A stretch of 64,000 nucleotides of DNA from Octopus sinensis (taxonomy: Eukaryota), in NCBI RefSeq assembly GCF_006345805.1, contig NC_043021.1, positions 24,614,001 through 24,678,000 on the forward strand, given 5' to 3'. Below, piece after piece: positions 1 through 11,653 of the stretch. The translations under genes and the position numbers were made by a program. Position 1 is the first letter of the stretch, and every line of letters begins with the position of its first letter. The notes beneath the pieces are model-generated. The model saw only the letters and a list, made by a program, of their open reading frames with translations. It did no database searches and had not been told where the DNA came from.

Positions 1-274
1 AGTTTTGAAGGAAGTGAAGCAAAAGAAGAAGAAAAAAATCATATTAATATTAATAGAAATATAAATTGTGCGTCGCCTAGATTAAAAGAAGGAATATTTA
101 AGAAAATGGTTGTAGAAAAATCAAAGGATTTGAAACGGTGGCCATCGGGCAGAAAATTCGTAAACCTGGAAATCTTGGAAGCGACAACGTTTCAGGCAAT
201 TTTAAATGAGAGACAAATATACAGATATAATAATGATGTATTTACTGTTTTTGACACGTTAGTGTTGTGAATAT

Positions 275-600
275 GAAGGTGCATGGCTCAGTGGTTAGAG
301 CGCCGGGCTCACGACCACGAGGTAGTGAGTTCGATTCCCGGATGGAGCTGTGTGTTGTGTTCTTGAGCAAAACACTTTATTTCACGTTGCTCCTGTTTAC
401 TCAGCTGAAGCAATGAGTTGCAACATCACAGGTGCCAAACCGTGTCGGACCTGGATAACATCGGTGGCGTGGAGAGGGGAGGCTGGTACGCCTGGGTGAC
501 TGCTGGTCTTCCATAAACAACCTTGTCCGGACTTGTGCCTGGGAGGGAAACTTTCTAAGTGCAAATCCCATTGTCATTGATGACCGAAGGGAGTCTTTTA
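275..600 (+). mobile_element. tRNA-derived SINE (family C)
   Basis: Pol III box A TGGCTCAGTGG (284) and box B GTTCGATTCC (329), then a CTTGAGCAAAACACTTTATTTCACGTTG body shared with 5657 and 20623. Confidence 0.8.
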
Positions 601-608
601 ATGTAGTG

Positions 609-720
609 AAGGCGTGTGTGGTCTAGTGGTTAAGCTAGCAATTGAGATCGTGGTTCGGTTCCTTGTATCCTTGAGAAAACCCTAACTTTAATTCACGTTT
701 CTCCAGCTGTAAACGATTTC
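609..720 (+). mobile_element. Degenerate SINE head (family C-like)
   Basis: TGGTCTAGTGG box A-like, decayed box B, CCTTGAGAAAACCC...TTCACGTT core. Confidence 0.5.
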
Positions 721-1381
721 TATTTCGCTCCTGATAAGTATAACCTGCGAATACCGGCACCCGTTCAACGACTCTGTGACTCCACGGACACCATGTTAAG
801 CGCCAGCCTATAAGTCCTCGGACTCACGAAAGACATATATCTGTAATATGCGGATTTTCTTTTGGACAATAATTTTCTTCCAGTTGGTTATTTTGTAAAA
901 ATACTGTAAGCTCTAAATGATGTCGGCGGAGTATCACATTTTCGGCTTAATTCCGCCTCCTCAGTGCTAAACATTGTTTCAATACGAGAGAGGAATTTTG
1001 TTCCTCTCTGCAAATAACAAACAAAACATGTATTTGATATCCCGCTGATGCCATTTTGAGCATTTTTCCACACGACTAAAGTTGGAAATCTATTTTCTGA
1101 GACAAAATTTTTCAGTAAATATCATTCAAGTTCAAATGAGCAAGAACGTGTTAAAAATAGATGCACACATCATTATTTTGATTGTCCCGCTTCGTGTGTT
1201 TATGCTGAACATATAATGTTTAGTGGAAAATAAACATTGTTCACCAGGGCTGGGGTGGAAGTGGAAATTTAGAGCGAGATACAGGAAGAGGAAGAGAAAG
1301 AGAAAGAGAAAGATCAGTTAGAGAGACAATATGGAGGGAGAGAGGACGAGAGTGGGGGGGAAACAGGAAGAGAAATACTGA

Positions 1382-1419
<38 letters not shown>

Positions 1420-2017
1420 GAGAGAGAAAGAGAATGAAGTAAACAATGGACTCTCGTAGTGAAAAGTTAAAATCGATCGCAGTGGAATTTGAACTCGGAT
1501 CTCACGATTAACTGGAGAGAATGAATGACTCAACATGTTCTATTCTAACAGCTCTTTCGTGCCTCGCCATAATGAAGAAAACAACAAACACATACGTATA
1601 CAGTGAAAAACATGATACAACAACAACTACTACTAATGCTGCTGCTGCTGTTCAATTAAATGTACTATCGATTAAAACTAGTTTACTTCAGCCCCGAGGC
1701 AAGTTCCAGTTTTCTATTTATTTTAGAAATATTTCCAATTCTTCGTCGTTGTTCCTTAGCATTTCCTCGATTATGTATTTTTTTTGTAATTTTCACCTCG
1801 ATTTTTTTTTTTTTTTTGGTTTTGATTTAATTAATTTTATCTGATTCAGTTCAGTTAAATTATTTACGTATGTATACATATACACGCGTGATTAGATAAC
1901 GCACACACATACTAATAACGATACACATATATATGCACGCACACAAGCATGTTTGCACACGACCACGTGCAGAGAAGAGAACATTAGATTCTTAAAAGTA
2001 TGTCTATTCATATGTTG

Positions 2018-2055
<38 letters not shown>

Positions 2056-2072
2056 TTTCTCTCTCTCTATTA

Positions 2073-2125
<53 letters not shown>

Positions 2126-2161
2126 ATATGTAAAGATAAACAGAAGTGTAAATATACATAT

Positions 2162-2208
<47 letters not shown>

Positions 2209-2327
2209 TTCAAACCTTTGCTGGTTCACCAAACAGCAAAAAATTAACAGAACTCAATAGTTAAAGACAAAAAAAACATTCGCATATTTTCACAACATCT
2301 AGGCAGCGGGTTCAGATGCAAAATGTG

Positions 2328-2756
2328 GGATCTTTTCGGTTTGAACGGCAGTTTTTAACATAATTTCTTGGTAACTAAAAAAATTTCAAACTTCGTGTAC
2401 TGGTAGAATGTGTTTATAAAACATCTTTTTCTCTTGGCTTTATTGAGAAAATTCTATAGTTTGTAAGATATTTGTTGCTTTTTGTCTTCAATTTCTGCAA
2501 TTTCAACCAATCAATGACGTCTATTTTAGGTGAAAACATTCTGTGCCGTATAAATATGTCCCTCGTTTAAGAAACAGATTGGGTTTATTTACATTTGTGA
2601 AGTAAAAAAGATACCCTTCCCCCACCCCTAATCCTAACCCTAACCCTAACCCTAAAACAGATTGAAATGCAATAGATAGATTCAAGGGTCATAATTATGG
2701 GTGACAATTTCATATGACACCGCTAGAAAAAACTGCCGTTCAAACCGAAAAGATCC
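2328..2756. mobile_element. Non-autonomous DNA transposon (MITE), Merlin-like, copy 1
   Basis: 29-bp perfect TIR GGATCTTTTCGGTTTGAACGGCAGTTTTT; 8-bp TSD AAAATGTG (2320-2327 and 2757-2764); internal (CCCTAA)n. GG termini plus an 8-bp TSD fit the Merlin superfamily. Confidence 0.8.
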
Positions 2757-2986
2757 AAAATGTGTTGCAATGTTGGTCACAAGAGAATAACTTCCCTCTT
2801 TTCACGACAATGGTGCGTTCAACGTTTTCGGCTCATTGCTGCACGAATAAACGTTTCGAATCTCGCTGTACGCGGGGCAAACAGCGATTTTTTATCGGTT
2901 GGCAGATATAAACTCAGATCAACAATTTTTTTTTGCTGAAAGTAAGCAAAGCCAGCACCATGGTTTAGGCTCATGGGTCGGGGTGC

Positions 2987-3131
2987 GGATCTTTTCGGTT
3001 TGAACGGCAGTTTTTTCTAGCGGTGTCATATGAAATTGTTACCCATAATTATGACCCTAGTATCGATCTATTGCATTTCAATCTGTTTTAGGGTTAGGGT
3101 TAGTTATGGTTAGGGGTGGGGGAAGGGTATC
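2987..3131. mobile_element. Truncated copy of the same Merlin-like MITE (one end only)
   Basis: Starts with the same TIR and is the reverse complement of about 2612-2756; stops just after the TTAGGG tract. Confidence 0.8.
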
Positions 3132-3132
3132 G

Positions 3133-3218
3133 TTAGAAATAGCAGTCAAAGAGTTATAGCTATTTCTTCTACTTTTTAGTAGAAGAAATAGCTATAACTC
3201 TTTGACTGCTATTTCTAA
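3133..3218. repeat. Perfect hairpin/palindrome, 41-bp arms, 4-nt loop
   Basis: 3133-3173 is the exact reverse complement of 3178-3218; the loop is TTTT. Confidence 0.95.
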
Positions 3219-3295
3219 ATTCGGTATGTGGTAAGGCAATTCGTTGCTAAACCCTTTATTGCTTAGTATTACTATATATATATATATATATATTC

Positions 3296-3523
3296 AAGGC
3301 GGCGAGCTGGCAAAAACGTTAGCGCGTCGGGCGAAATGCTTAGCCGTATTTCGTCTGCCGTTACGTTCTGAGTTCAGATTCCGCCGAGGTCGACTTTGCC
3401 TTTCATCCTTTCGGGGTCGATTAAATAAAGTACCAGTTTCGCACTGGGGTCGATATAATTGACCTAATCACTTTGTCTGTCCTTGTTTGTCCTCTCTGTG
3501 TTTAGCCCCTTGTGGGCAGTAAG

Positions 3524-3528
<5 letters not shown>
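3296..3528 (+). mobile_element. tRNA-derived SINE (family A)
   Basis: AAGGCGGCGAGCTGGCA head, GAGTTCAGATTCC box B, central CCTTTCATCCTTTCGGGGTCGA...AAGTACCAG domain (resembles the Meta/Sauria-type SINE core as I recall it). Near-identical copies at 15179, 16407, 49078 and 49817. Confidence 0.9.
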
Positions 3529-3576
<48 letters not shown>

Positions 3577-3614
3577 TAGACAAAAACAGATAACAAAGCC
3601 AAGGCTGTGAGGAG

Positions 3615-3760
3615 TTCAGGATATTTACAGGAAAGATATAATCTTACAGCTCTTTCTGGGATATTATGGATATCCCTTCACCATAGACTATGTGAGATGG
3701 TTAGATATCCCAGAAACAGCTGTAAGATTATATCTCTTTCCTTATAAATGTCCTGAAAAC
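3615..3760. repeat. Imperfect fold-back, Penelope pseudo-LTR-like, with hammerhead-like motifs
   Basis: Arms of about 50 bp (GTTCAGGATATTTACAGGAAAGATATAATCTTACAGCTCTTTCTGGGATAT and its inverse); GAAACAGCTGTAAG motif. Confidence 0.65.
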
Positions 3761-3945
3761 TTCTCACAGGCTTGGGTTTGTTATGTTTTCTGTCTTAAAT
3801 ATATATATATATGCATGCATGCTAATACAAGACCCACATTAAACTCCTCACTCGTATTACTATCGAACCAAGAATTTAACTATGGTATGTCACTCTTTTA
3901 GTCTTCTAGATACCAATGCCATACACACACACACACACAACACAC

Positions 3946-4007
<62 letters not shown>

Positions 4008-4879
4008 ATGTGTGTATATAAAATGTTTGTATGTGTTTGCATATCGAAGCCATCGAGAAACGAAGTACATTTAATAACATCACAAAAATTGTGAACTTAG
4101 AAACAGAAGCCCCCCTCTCCCAATACCCCCAAAACCAAGACAAAAAAAAAGAACAGGAACGCAGAAAAAACATTGAAATAAACTAAAATAACAATACAGA
4201 AAAGAACCGAAAATCGACAATAGTTTAGAATTTAATGTCCTATATTTTGGATTTAAATTGGAAATATAGAATTTTTCTATAAGAAAATGTAAATTATTGT
4301 CACTGCTTTCATCTCTTTCCACATCGATATCTCCGTATTTAGCTTGTTGAGGAATTCTTGTCAGAAATGTCTTCTAAGACATTATTCGCACACACGCACA
4401 CACACACACTCTCTCACACTTATACACACACGGACATATATATATATATTGCCCATGAATAATATATATGTATATACACGATATATATAAATTATATATA
4501 TGTGTATGTTATATATATATATGTATATATACATATACATACACATGTATTTGACATATCCCAACCATATAGACACATATGTATACACACGTATCTAGCT
4601 TGTATGTGTGTGTGGACATGTGGGTGTTTGTGTGTCTGTTTATGTGTGAATATGTATGTATACATATATACATATATTTAAATACACATATATGCATATA
4701 TATATTCATATGTATATATGAATATTTACACGCATGGGTATGATTCATATATATATATTAATTGTATTGAATTTTGTCTCACTTTGTTCGTTGACTTACC
4801 GAGAATATAAATACCTGCATACTGCTGCTACTACTAATACTACCTATCCGTGTAGCTAGCTAGTTATTTGATTAATATA

Positions 4880-4925
<46 letters not shown>

Positions 4926-4926
4926 A

Positions 4927-4957
<31 letters not shown>

Positions 4958-5388
4958 CATGTACACACATACATAGATTTATTTACCATGCATATATGTA
5001 CACAAACGCATACACACACATATACTAACAATGGTACCGTATCTGATTGTATTTTTCAAAAGACTTCAATATCGAACGCTTCGATAAACCCCTCCCCCCT
5101 CCACAAACCCAATATTCATCGAAGCCGACCACTTTCAAACCTCGACATAGGCTTATACAACGGGACTCAGTTAGTGCCGCCATTGTCACGTTCTTACATA
5201 ACTCTATTATTGCACAGCTTCCAATGAAATCGATCTCATTCAATATTGACGGGGAAATTTAAAAAGCAATAATTTTTTCTTCTTCTGCTAAGTATATAAA
5301 AATCTGCATTCATGCCACGATAACATACATACATATGTTCGTTATAAATATTTCGTTATAATACTTTTATATTATACTGTATTATATA

Positions 5389-5469
<81 letters not shown>

Positions 5470-5656
5470 TATTTATGTATTATATATATTATATATATCT
5501 GTGTGTGTGGGTAAGTAGATAGATGTGTGTGCGTTTGTATGTAGGTATATGTATATTGTGTGTGTGTGTGTGTAAGTGTATGTGTGTAAGTGTGTGCATG
5601 GAAAGTGCAGCTTTATTTCTGTCGAATGCGACTGTTCGTGTATAGCAATCCGAAGT

Positions 5657-5952
5657 GAAGGCACGTGCTTTAGTGGGTAGAATACTCAGCCTCCAACGAT
5701 TCGGTCGTGTGTTTGATTCCTGGAGTCACGTTGTTTCTTTGAGCAAGACGTTTTCTTTCACGTTGCCCTAATCCACTCAGTTGGCTAAACTGAGCTGAAC
5801 AGGTAATTCAAAGAGCCAGTCGTGTCCCATTCCGTGTCCGGCTGAATCACCCTGAGAATTATGCTAAAAGTACACGTATCTGTCGAGTCCTCTACCCCTT
5901 GTACGTTAATTGTACGGGTAGGGTGTTCCGTTCATCAAAGCAAGTGGGACAC
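5657..5952 (+). mobile_element. Diverged tRNA-derived SINE (family C head; tail shared with 31670-31818)
   Basis: Box A/B remnants, CTTTGAGCAAGACG...TTTCACGTTGC core, tail CTGAATCACCCTGAGAA...TGTTCCGTT. Confidence 0.65.
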
Positions 5953-5989
5953 ACGTCGTGTACTCAAACTTTAATCCTTAACGAAGGAC

Positions 5990-7012
5990 TACAGAATTGG
6001 TGGACGATTGTGTACTCTCAGTACACACTCTTGAGGACATGCAATAGATTCTATACAGCTTCTCGCGTGCATCGAAGGCTTTTGGTCTGACCATCAGCAT
6101 GAAGAAAACTGAGTTTGTCCATCAGCCCAGTCGTGACCATCTCCCCGCTGTTGTCCTTACTGTATATATTGACGGGAAAGTATTAAAAACTGTTTCCGCC
6201 ACTTGGTTCCATTGTGTCCAATGATGCTAAGATGGATAAAGAAATTGAGTCCAGAATCGAGAAGGTTAGATCCACTTTTGGCAAGCTTTATCACAGGCAC
6301 TGGAACAGCCGCGTCGTATCGTGGAAGGTGAAAGTCGATGCATATAAGTCGGTGGTCTTGAAAACATTGTTTGATGAGGCTGAATCTTGGACTCTGTATC
6401 GAAAGCACATCAACAAGCTTGACGTTTTCATATGCGATGCTTGCGCACTATTTCCGACATAAAAACCGAGTGACCATATTCATAACAGCGACGTGCTAAC
6501 AAAATGCAACGTCTTCGGTGTTGAAGCCATCCTCATCAGAATAAAGCTTAGATGGTCGCATCATCTCTCATGTATTAGTGATATCAGAATTCAGAAGCAA
6601 CTTCTCTTTGGCCAATTCCCAAAGGGAAGGTCACTTGGAAGGCCACTCATGCGCTGCAAAGACACACTAGAGACAATCTGAAGCGATGAAAAATTCCCTT
6701 TTCTTCCTGAGAAGACGAAGCACCAGAGCGTAGGACGTGGTGCCAGTCCAGTTTCTCCTCAGTTCAAAGATTTGAGCAAAGTCGACACCAGCATCAAATC
6801 CAACTTCGTGCAAACATGAAGGCAGGCTGGCAAAATGCTGCTCATCTAGATGGAGACCTGTCCTTGTGGTTTGGTGGCACGAAGCAAAGCAGGCCTTGCC
6901 GTTCTCTCAAGAAAATTATTCACAAACACTTTAGCAAACTGAATCCTCAATTTGTTCCATTTGCCAAAAGGCACAAACAGGTCTCAAGGCAGACTCGTGT
7001 CCAGAGAACATA
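5990..7012 (+). mobile_element. RTE-clade (BovB-like) LINE 3' fragment, pseudogenised
   Basis: Peptides FGLTISMKKTE, IESRIEKVRSTFGKL...WTLYRKHINKLDVFH, LRWSHHL...KQLLFG...GRPLMRCKDTL are typical of the RTE RT thumb/C-terminus; there are multiple frameshifts. Confidence 0.85.
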
Positions 7013-7078
7013 ATTAGCATTTTATTTTACCAAACACTCGTTTGTCGCTCACGACAAGAGAATCCATATATATATATA

Positions 7079-7251
7079 GGCGCAGGCTCGGCTGTGTGGT
7101 AAGAAGCTTGCTTCCCAACCACATGGTTCCGGGTTCAGTCCCGCTGCGTGACATCTTGGGCAATGGCCTTCTATTATAGCCTCGGGCCATCCAAAGCCCT
7201 GTGAGTGAATTTGGTAGATGGAAACTGAAAGAAGCCCGTCGTATATATATA

Positions 7252-7284
<33 letters not shown>

Positions 7285-7483
7285 GTGTTTGTGTGTGTGT
7301 GTGTGTGTGTGTTCTTGTGTGTGTTTGTGTCCCCACCATCTTTTGACAACTGATGCTGGTGTTTTTACGTCCCCGTAACTTAGCGGTTCGGTGGAAGAGC
7401 CCGATAGAATAAGCACCTGGATTACAAAGAATAAGTCCAGCATGACCACAACCAAATGACTGAAACAAGTAAAAGAATAAAAG
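7079..7483 (+). mobile_element. Bipartite tRNA-derived SINE (family B) with internal (TA)n(TG)n
   Basis: GGCGCAGG...TGGCTGTGTGGTAAG head, GGTTCAGTCCC box B, GATTTGGTAGATGGAAACTGAAAGAAGCCCGTCG module, microsatellite, 3' module ending GACTGAAACAAGTAAAAG. Confidence 0.9.
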
Positions 7484-7516
7484 TATATATATCTATATCT
7501 ATATCTATATATATAA

Positions 7517-7549
<33 letters not shown>

Positions 7550-7661
7550 ATATATGAAATATGAATTAGAGATAAAACCACTATTATGCAACTCAAACAG
7601 TGATAGACATAAACCAATACATAAATATATATATTTATATAATATAATATATATATATATA

Positions 7662-9647
7662 TGATACTTTGATACTTTGAAGGTTTCGGCCATTATGGCC
7701 AGGCCATGTCTAACTTAATAGCAACCACCTGGTGACGTCTTTCAAGAAGAATTTGGGCACTATGGTCCACTCAAGTAGAGAGTTAGTGTTACAGAGACAT
7801 ATCCGGGGTGTGGGTAGGGGGTTATCCGGGATTTCTTGAGGAATCTGTCCAAAGACTTCTTGAACCCTATAGGGTCAGTGTTTCTGTTTTAATGTGTTTT
7901 GGTGTAATGTTAAGAGAGAGCGGGGCCAATGAGGTGAATAATTGTGCCGTATTGTTGTTATGAGATGAGAGTGCGATTTTTTTGTTTTGGGCGGATGGCA
8001 CGGGGCCCAAGCCTTGGATGTACCTTAAAGAGTGATGCCAACATCATTTGGGCAATGCTGATGGAATATTTTTCCACATCATGCCGATGATGTAGCGCTC
8101 ACGACGACGTTGGAGAGAATAGAGTTTAGCTTTTCTAGTCGACCCAATAGTCGAGGCCTGTCATGCCATCTATCTTTTTTGTGATTGCCCTTTGAGGGTT
8201 GCTCAACTTTTATGATACCTTGTATTGTGTGGGGAGACCACAGTGGACAACAGCATTCAAGGTGAGGTCGGGCAAAAGTGGAGAAGAGAAGGATAATGGT
8301 GTGGATATCTCTCGACTGGAAAGTCTGAGAATCCAGGAATACATTCCTGCGGGCCATGTCAACTTTGGTGTTTATATGAGTAGCCCAGCTTATGTTGTTG
8401 TCCACAATTACTCCCAGTCTCTGATGTTGTTGGACGCCGCGAGAGTTTCACTGAAGGAAGGGAGTATGGGAGTTTCAGGGCATCCTCTTTTCCAAAGTGG
8501 ATTAACTCAAATTTATCCTCGTTCAGCAGCATATTGTTTTTTCCTGCCCATTGGATAACAGCCAGTAGATCTGACTGAAGGCATGTCCGGTCACTCGCCT
8601 CATTTATGACCTTCTGTAGCTTGGATCATCTGCAAAGATTTTTATTATGTTGCTTTGCTTGATGATGGTCATTAATGTCATTAATGTAAATGATGAAAAG
8701 AAGTGGGCCCAGCACAGTGCCTTGCGGAACGCCACTACTGACTTTGGCTGGCTTGATTTTACTCCTTCAACTACAACATGTGAGATCTGTCTGTCAGGGA
8801 ACACTTGATCCATTTCAGTAACTTTCCAGAGACACCAATGTTGGATAGTTTTTTCAATAGGATCTTGTGATCGACCCTGTCGAAGGCCTTACTGAATCAA
8901 GGTAGATGACATCGGTGTTGGAGCCCTCTCCCAAAGCTCTCAAAATGTCCTCAAAGTGATGCAGGAGCTGCGTTAGGCAGTCCCTTCCATTACGGAACCC
9001 ATGTTGGTTGGAGATCACCGTCTGTTGCTTTCCAGAAATGGGGTTATCGAGATCTCACCACCCTCTCAAATACCTTGATGATATGAGAGGTGAGTGAGAT
9101 CGGACGGTAGTTCACTGCAAGGGACTTGTTTCCCTTTTTGAAAACTGGGACAACAGACTGGGACAGAATGTTTTTTGGAATATAGCCAGCATCCAGTGAG
9201 TTTCTCCACAGATTAGCAAGGGGAGATGCAAGTTGGTGTCGACACACCTTCAGGACACAAGCAGGGAACCTATCGGGGCCTACTGCTGAATTGTGTTTTA
9301 TTTCGTTCATCGCCGCTAAGACATCAGGGGCACTAAACGTTATGTCCGATATAGTGTGTTGGGGGTTGACATCACTGATACAGCCCAGATCGGCCATATC
9401 AGGATTGCTGAAAACAGAGCAGTATTGTTTCTGCAGTATCTCGGCCATGGATTTGGCGTTATCTTGGAGAGTGCCATTTCATCAATTAGAGGGCACAACA
9501 ATGGAGACAGTGACCCTGCGTTTCCTCGCAAATGAAAAGAACACTTTGGGGTTGAGTTTGATTTTTTCAATGGCCCATTCTCCTCAGCTGATCTTTGGTT
9601 ATTGATGAGGGTCTTCATTCATTGTTGGAGGTTATATTTTTTGGATT
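7662..9647 (-). mobile_element. CR1-type LINE ORF2 (RT) fragment with intact 3' end, cut by the assembly gap
   Basis: NYRPISLTSHIIKVFERVV, QHGFR, YLDFSKAFDRVDH, IFADD, RPHLECCCPLWSP; 3' tail (AAAGTATC)n at 7662-7680. Confidence 0.9.
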
Positions 9648-9747
9648 NNNNNNNNNNNNNNNNNNNNNNNNNNNNNNNNNNNNNNNNNNNNNNNNNNNNN
9701 NNNNNNNNNNNNNNNNNNNNNNNNNNNNNNNNNNNNNNNNNNNNNNN
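9648..9747. other. Assembly gap (100 N)
   Basis: Run of exactly 100 N, a placeholder of unknown true size. Confidence 1.
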
Positions 9748-9860
9748 AATGAAATCCCAACATCTTCGAATTTTAACCAATGAAATCCCAGCATTGCTTC
9801 GTTATCGATATTGATAAAGAAATATAGCAGACGCACGACACACACACACACACACACACA

Positions 9861-9902
<42 letters not shown>

Positions 9903-11027
9903 CACATGCATATACATTTGCACAAGCACATAGTAAATAATATATAAGCGTACACACAAATACAAACGGACATATACATACACACACATACGCACACAAG
10001 CATACATTGCACGTTCGTGTTTTGCCACTTGCCGCAACAAATTTGCACAAAAGGTAAATAAACCAGAAGGGAGGGATCAATGTTTCATCGTTTCGGGGTC
10101 GATAAATTAAGTACCAATTACGCACTGGTGTCGAGGATGTTTTTTCCAATTTATATCACAGCTTCCGACATGAAAAAATATTTCGCAAATTTTTACAATA
10201 CTGCTCACACTCCACGCGCAAACTCGAGACCGATTTAGGCATATTATTGTTTTGTTTTTGTTGTTTCTGGCTCTTCAAAACCATGGGAGAAGCCTTTTCG
10301 GTAAAAAAAATAAAGAAAATATTCAAAAAATATCGTTAATATTTTTATTGGGCGACGAAATTAATCGAATTAAGAGATATAGCTGTTATTTCTAGCACAT
10401 GTAGAAGACAGAAGAAAGGGTAAATAATTTGAGCTCGAATGCTGCGATTTCATTGGTTAAAATTCTTAAAATTAAACTACGTTTAAGTTACGAATTACAA
10501 TTTTGTTTTCAAATTTGTTTACAATAATGTTTTCTTTTGATACATTCTACCAGTATACGAAGTTTCAAATTGTTTAGTTAACTAGGAAAATCTGGCCTTC
10601 AAAATGAAAATATTTTAAAAAGTTAAGTGTAATAAAAAGTTCATAATTGTTTCTTAGTCGTCTCGACAAAGTCCACGTGGTGGTTTTTTGTGGGTGGGGG
10701 GAGCATAATAGCTTTCTTGTGTGTTGACTAGATTCGTTGGCTGTAGTTGGGTAAACGACCATCGGCCGAAATAGCAGTAGCAGCAGACTGCTACTACTGA
10801 CCTTCGTAAAATGTAAACAAAGCATTTCAACTGTGAAATGATTCTTCTGGGTGTCCTCTAACCCTATTTTATAGGAATCCTCTGCAGGCATATTTAATCT
10901 AGTGGGATGTGTCGGGCATGATAGTATTCGCAGTTTCCACCTTTTCTTTTCAATGATAATCTTGTTAATATTTATTTCAGAAACTTTTCCTAAAGTCTTC
11001 TGCTGGAATAAAGAATACACATTTGGT

Positions 11028-11400
11028 TACTCTTTTACTTGTTTTAGTCATTTGACTGAGGCCATGCTGGAGCACCGCCTTTAGTCGAGCGAATCGACCC
11101 CAGGACTTATTCTTTGTAAGTCTAGTACTTATTCTATCGAACTCTTTTGTCGAACCGCTAAGTTATGGGGACGTAAACACGCCAGCATCGGTTGTCAAGC
11201 GATGCTGGGGGGACAAACACAGACACACAAACACACACGACGGGCTTCATTCAGTTTCCGTCTACCAAATCCACTCACAAGGCTTTGGTCGGCCCGAGGC
11301 TATAGTAGCAGATACTTGCCTAAGGTGCCACGCAGTGGGACTGAACCCGGAATCATGTTGTTGGTAAGCAAGCTACTGATAACACAGCCTCTCTTGCGCC
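11028..11400 (-). mobile_element. SINE family B, full length
   Basis: Reverse complement of the 7079/35532 type, with a short internal (TG)n. Confidence 0.9.
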
Positions 11401-11468
11401 TATACTACCACACAGCCACTTCATTACATATTTCCTTCATTACAATATATATATATATATAATATATA

Positions 11469-11539
<71 letters not shown>

Positions 11540-11653
11540 ATAAATAAATGGAGTTGAACGAAGATGTTAATAAAATTCTTTTATTTTCGACATATGTTTC
11601 GAAGACAACATGGTTTTATTCCAAAGGAATAAACGGTGTAAGATGCAATCTTC

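Noticed and set aside
275-345. tRNA genes at SINE heads (also 3296, 7079, 35532 and others)
   Set aside because: Boxes A and B are present but there is no full cloverleaf, and each continues into a multi-copy SINE body.
2626-2655. Telomere or chromosome-fusion site suggested by (CCCTAA)n (also 3087 and 41894)
   Set aside because: The tracts are short and are internal parts of the same MITE.
5990-7012. Horizontal transfer of a BovB-like RTE
   Set aside because: The copy is old and degraded, and RTE elements are widespread in molluscs; nothing in the window supports transfer.
8199-8558. Plus-strand ORFs antisense to LINEs (also 54435-54866, 55119-55418 and 56382-56663)
   Set aside because: Shadow ORFs on the opposite strand of RT or ORF1 coding sequence.
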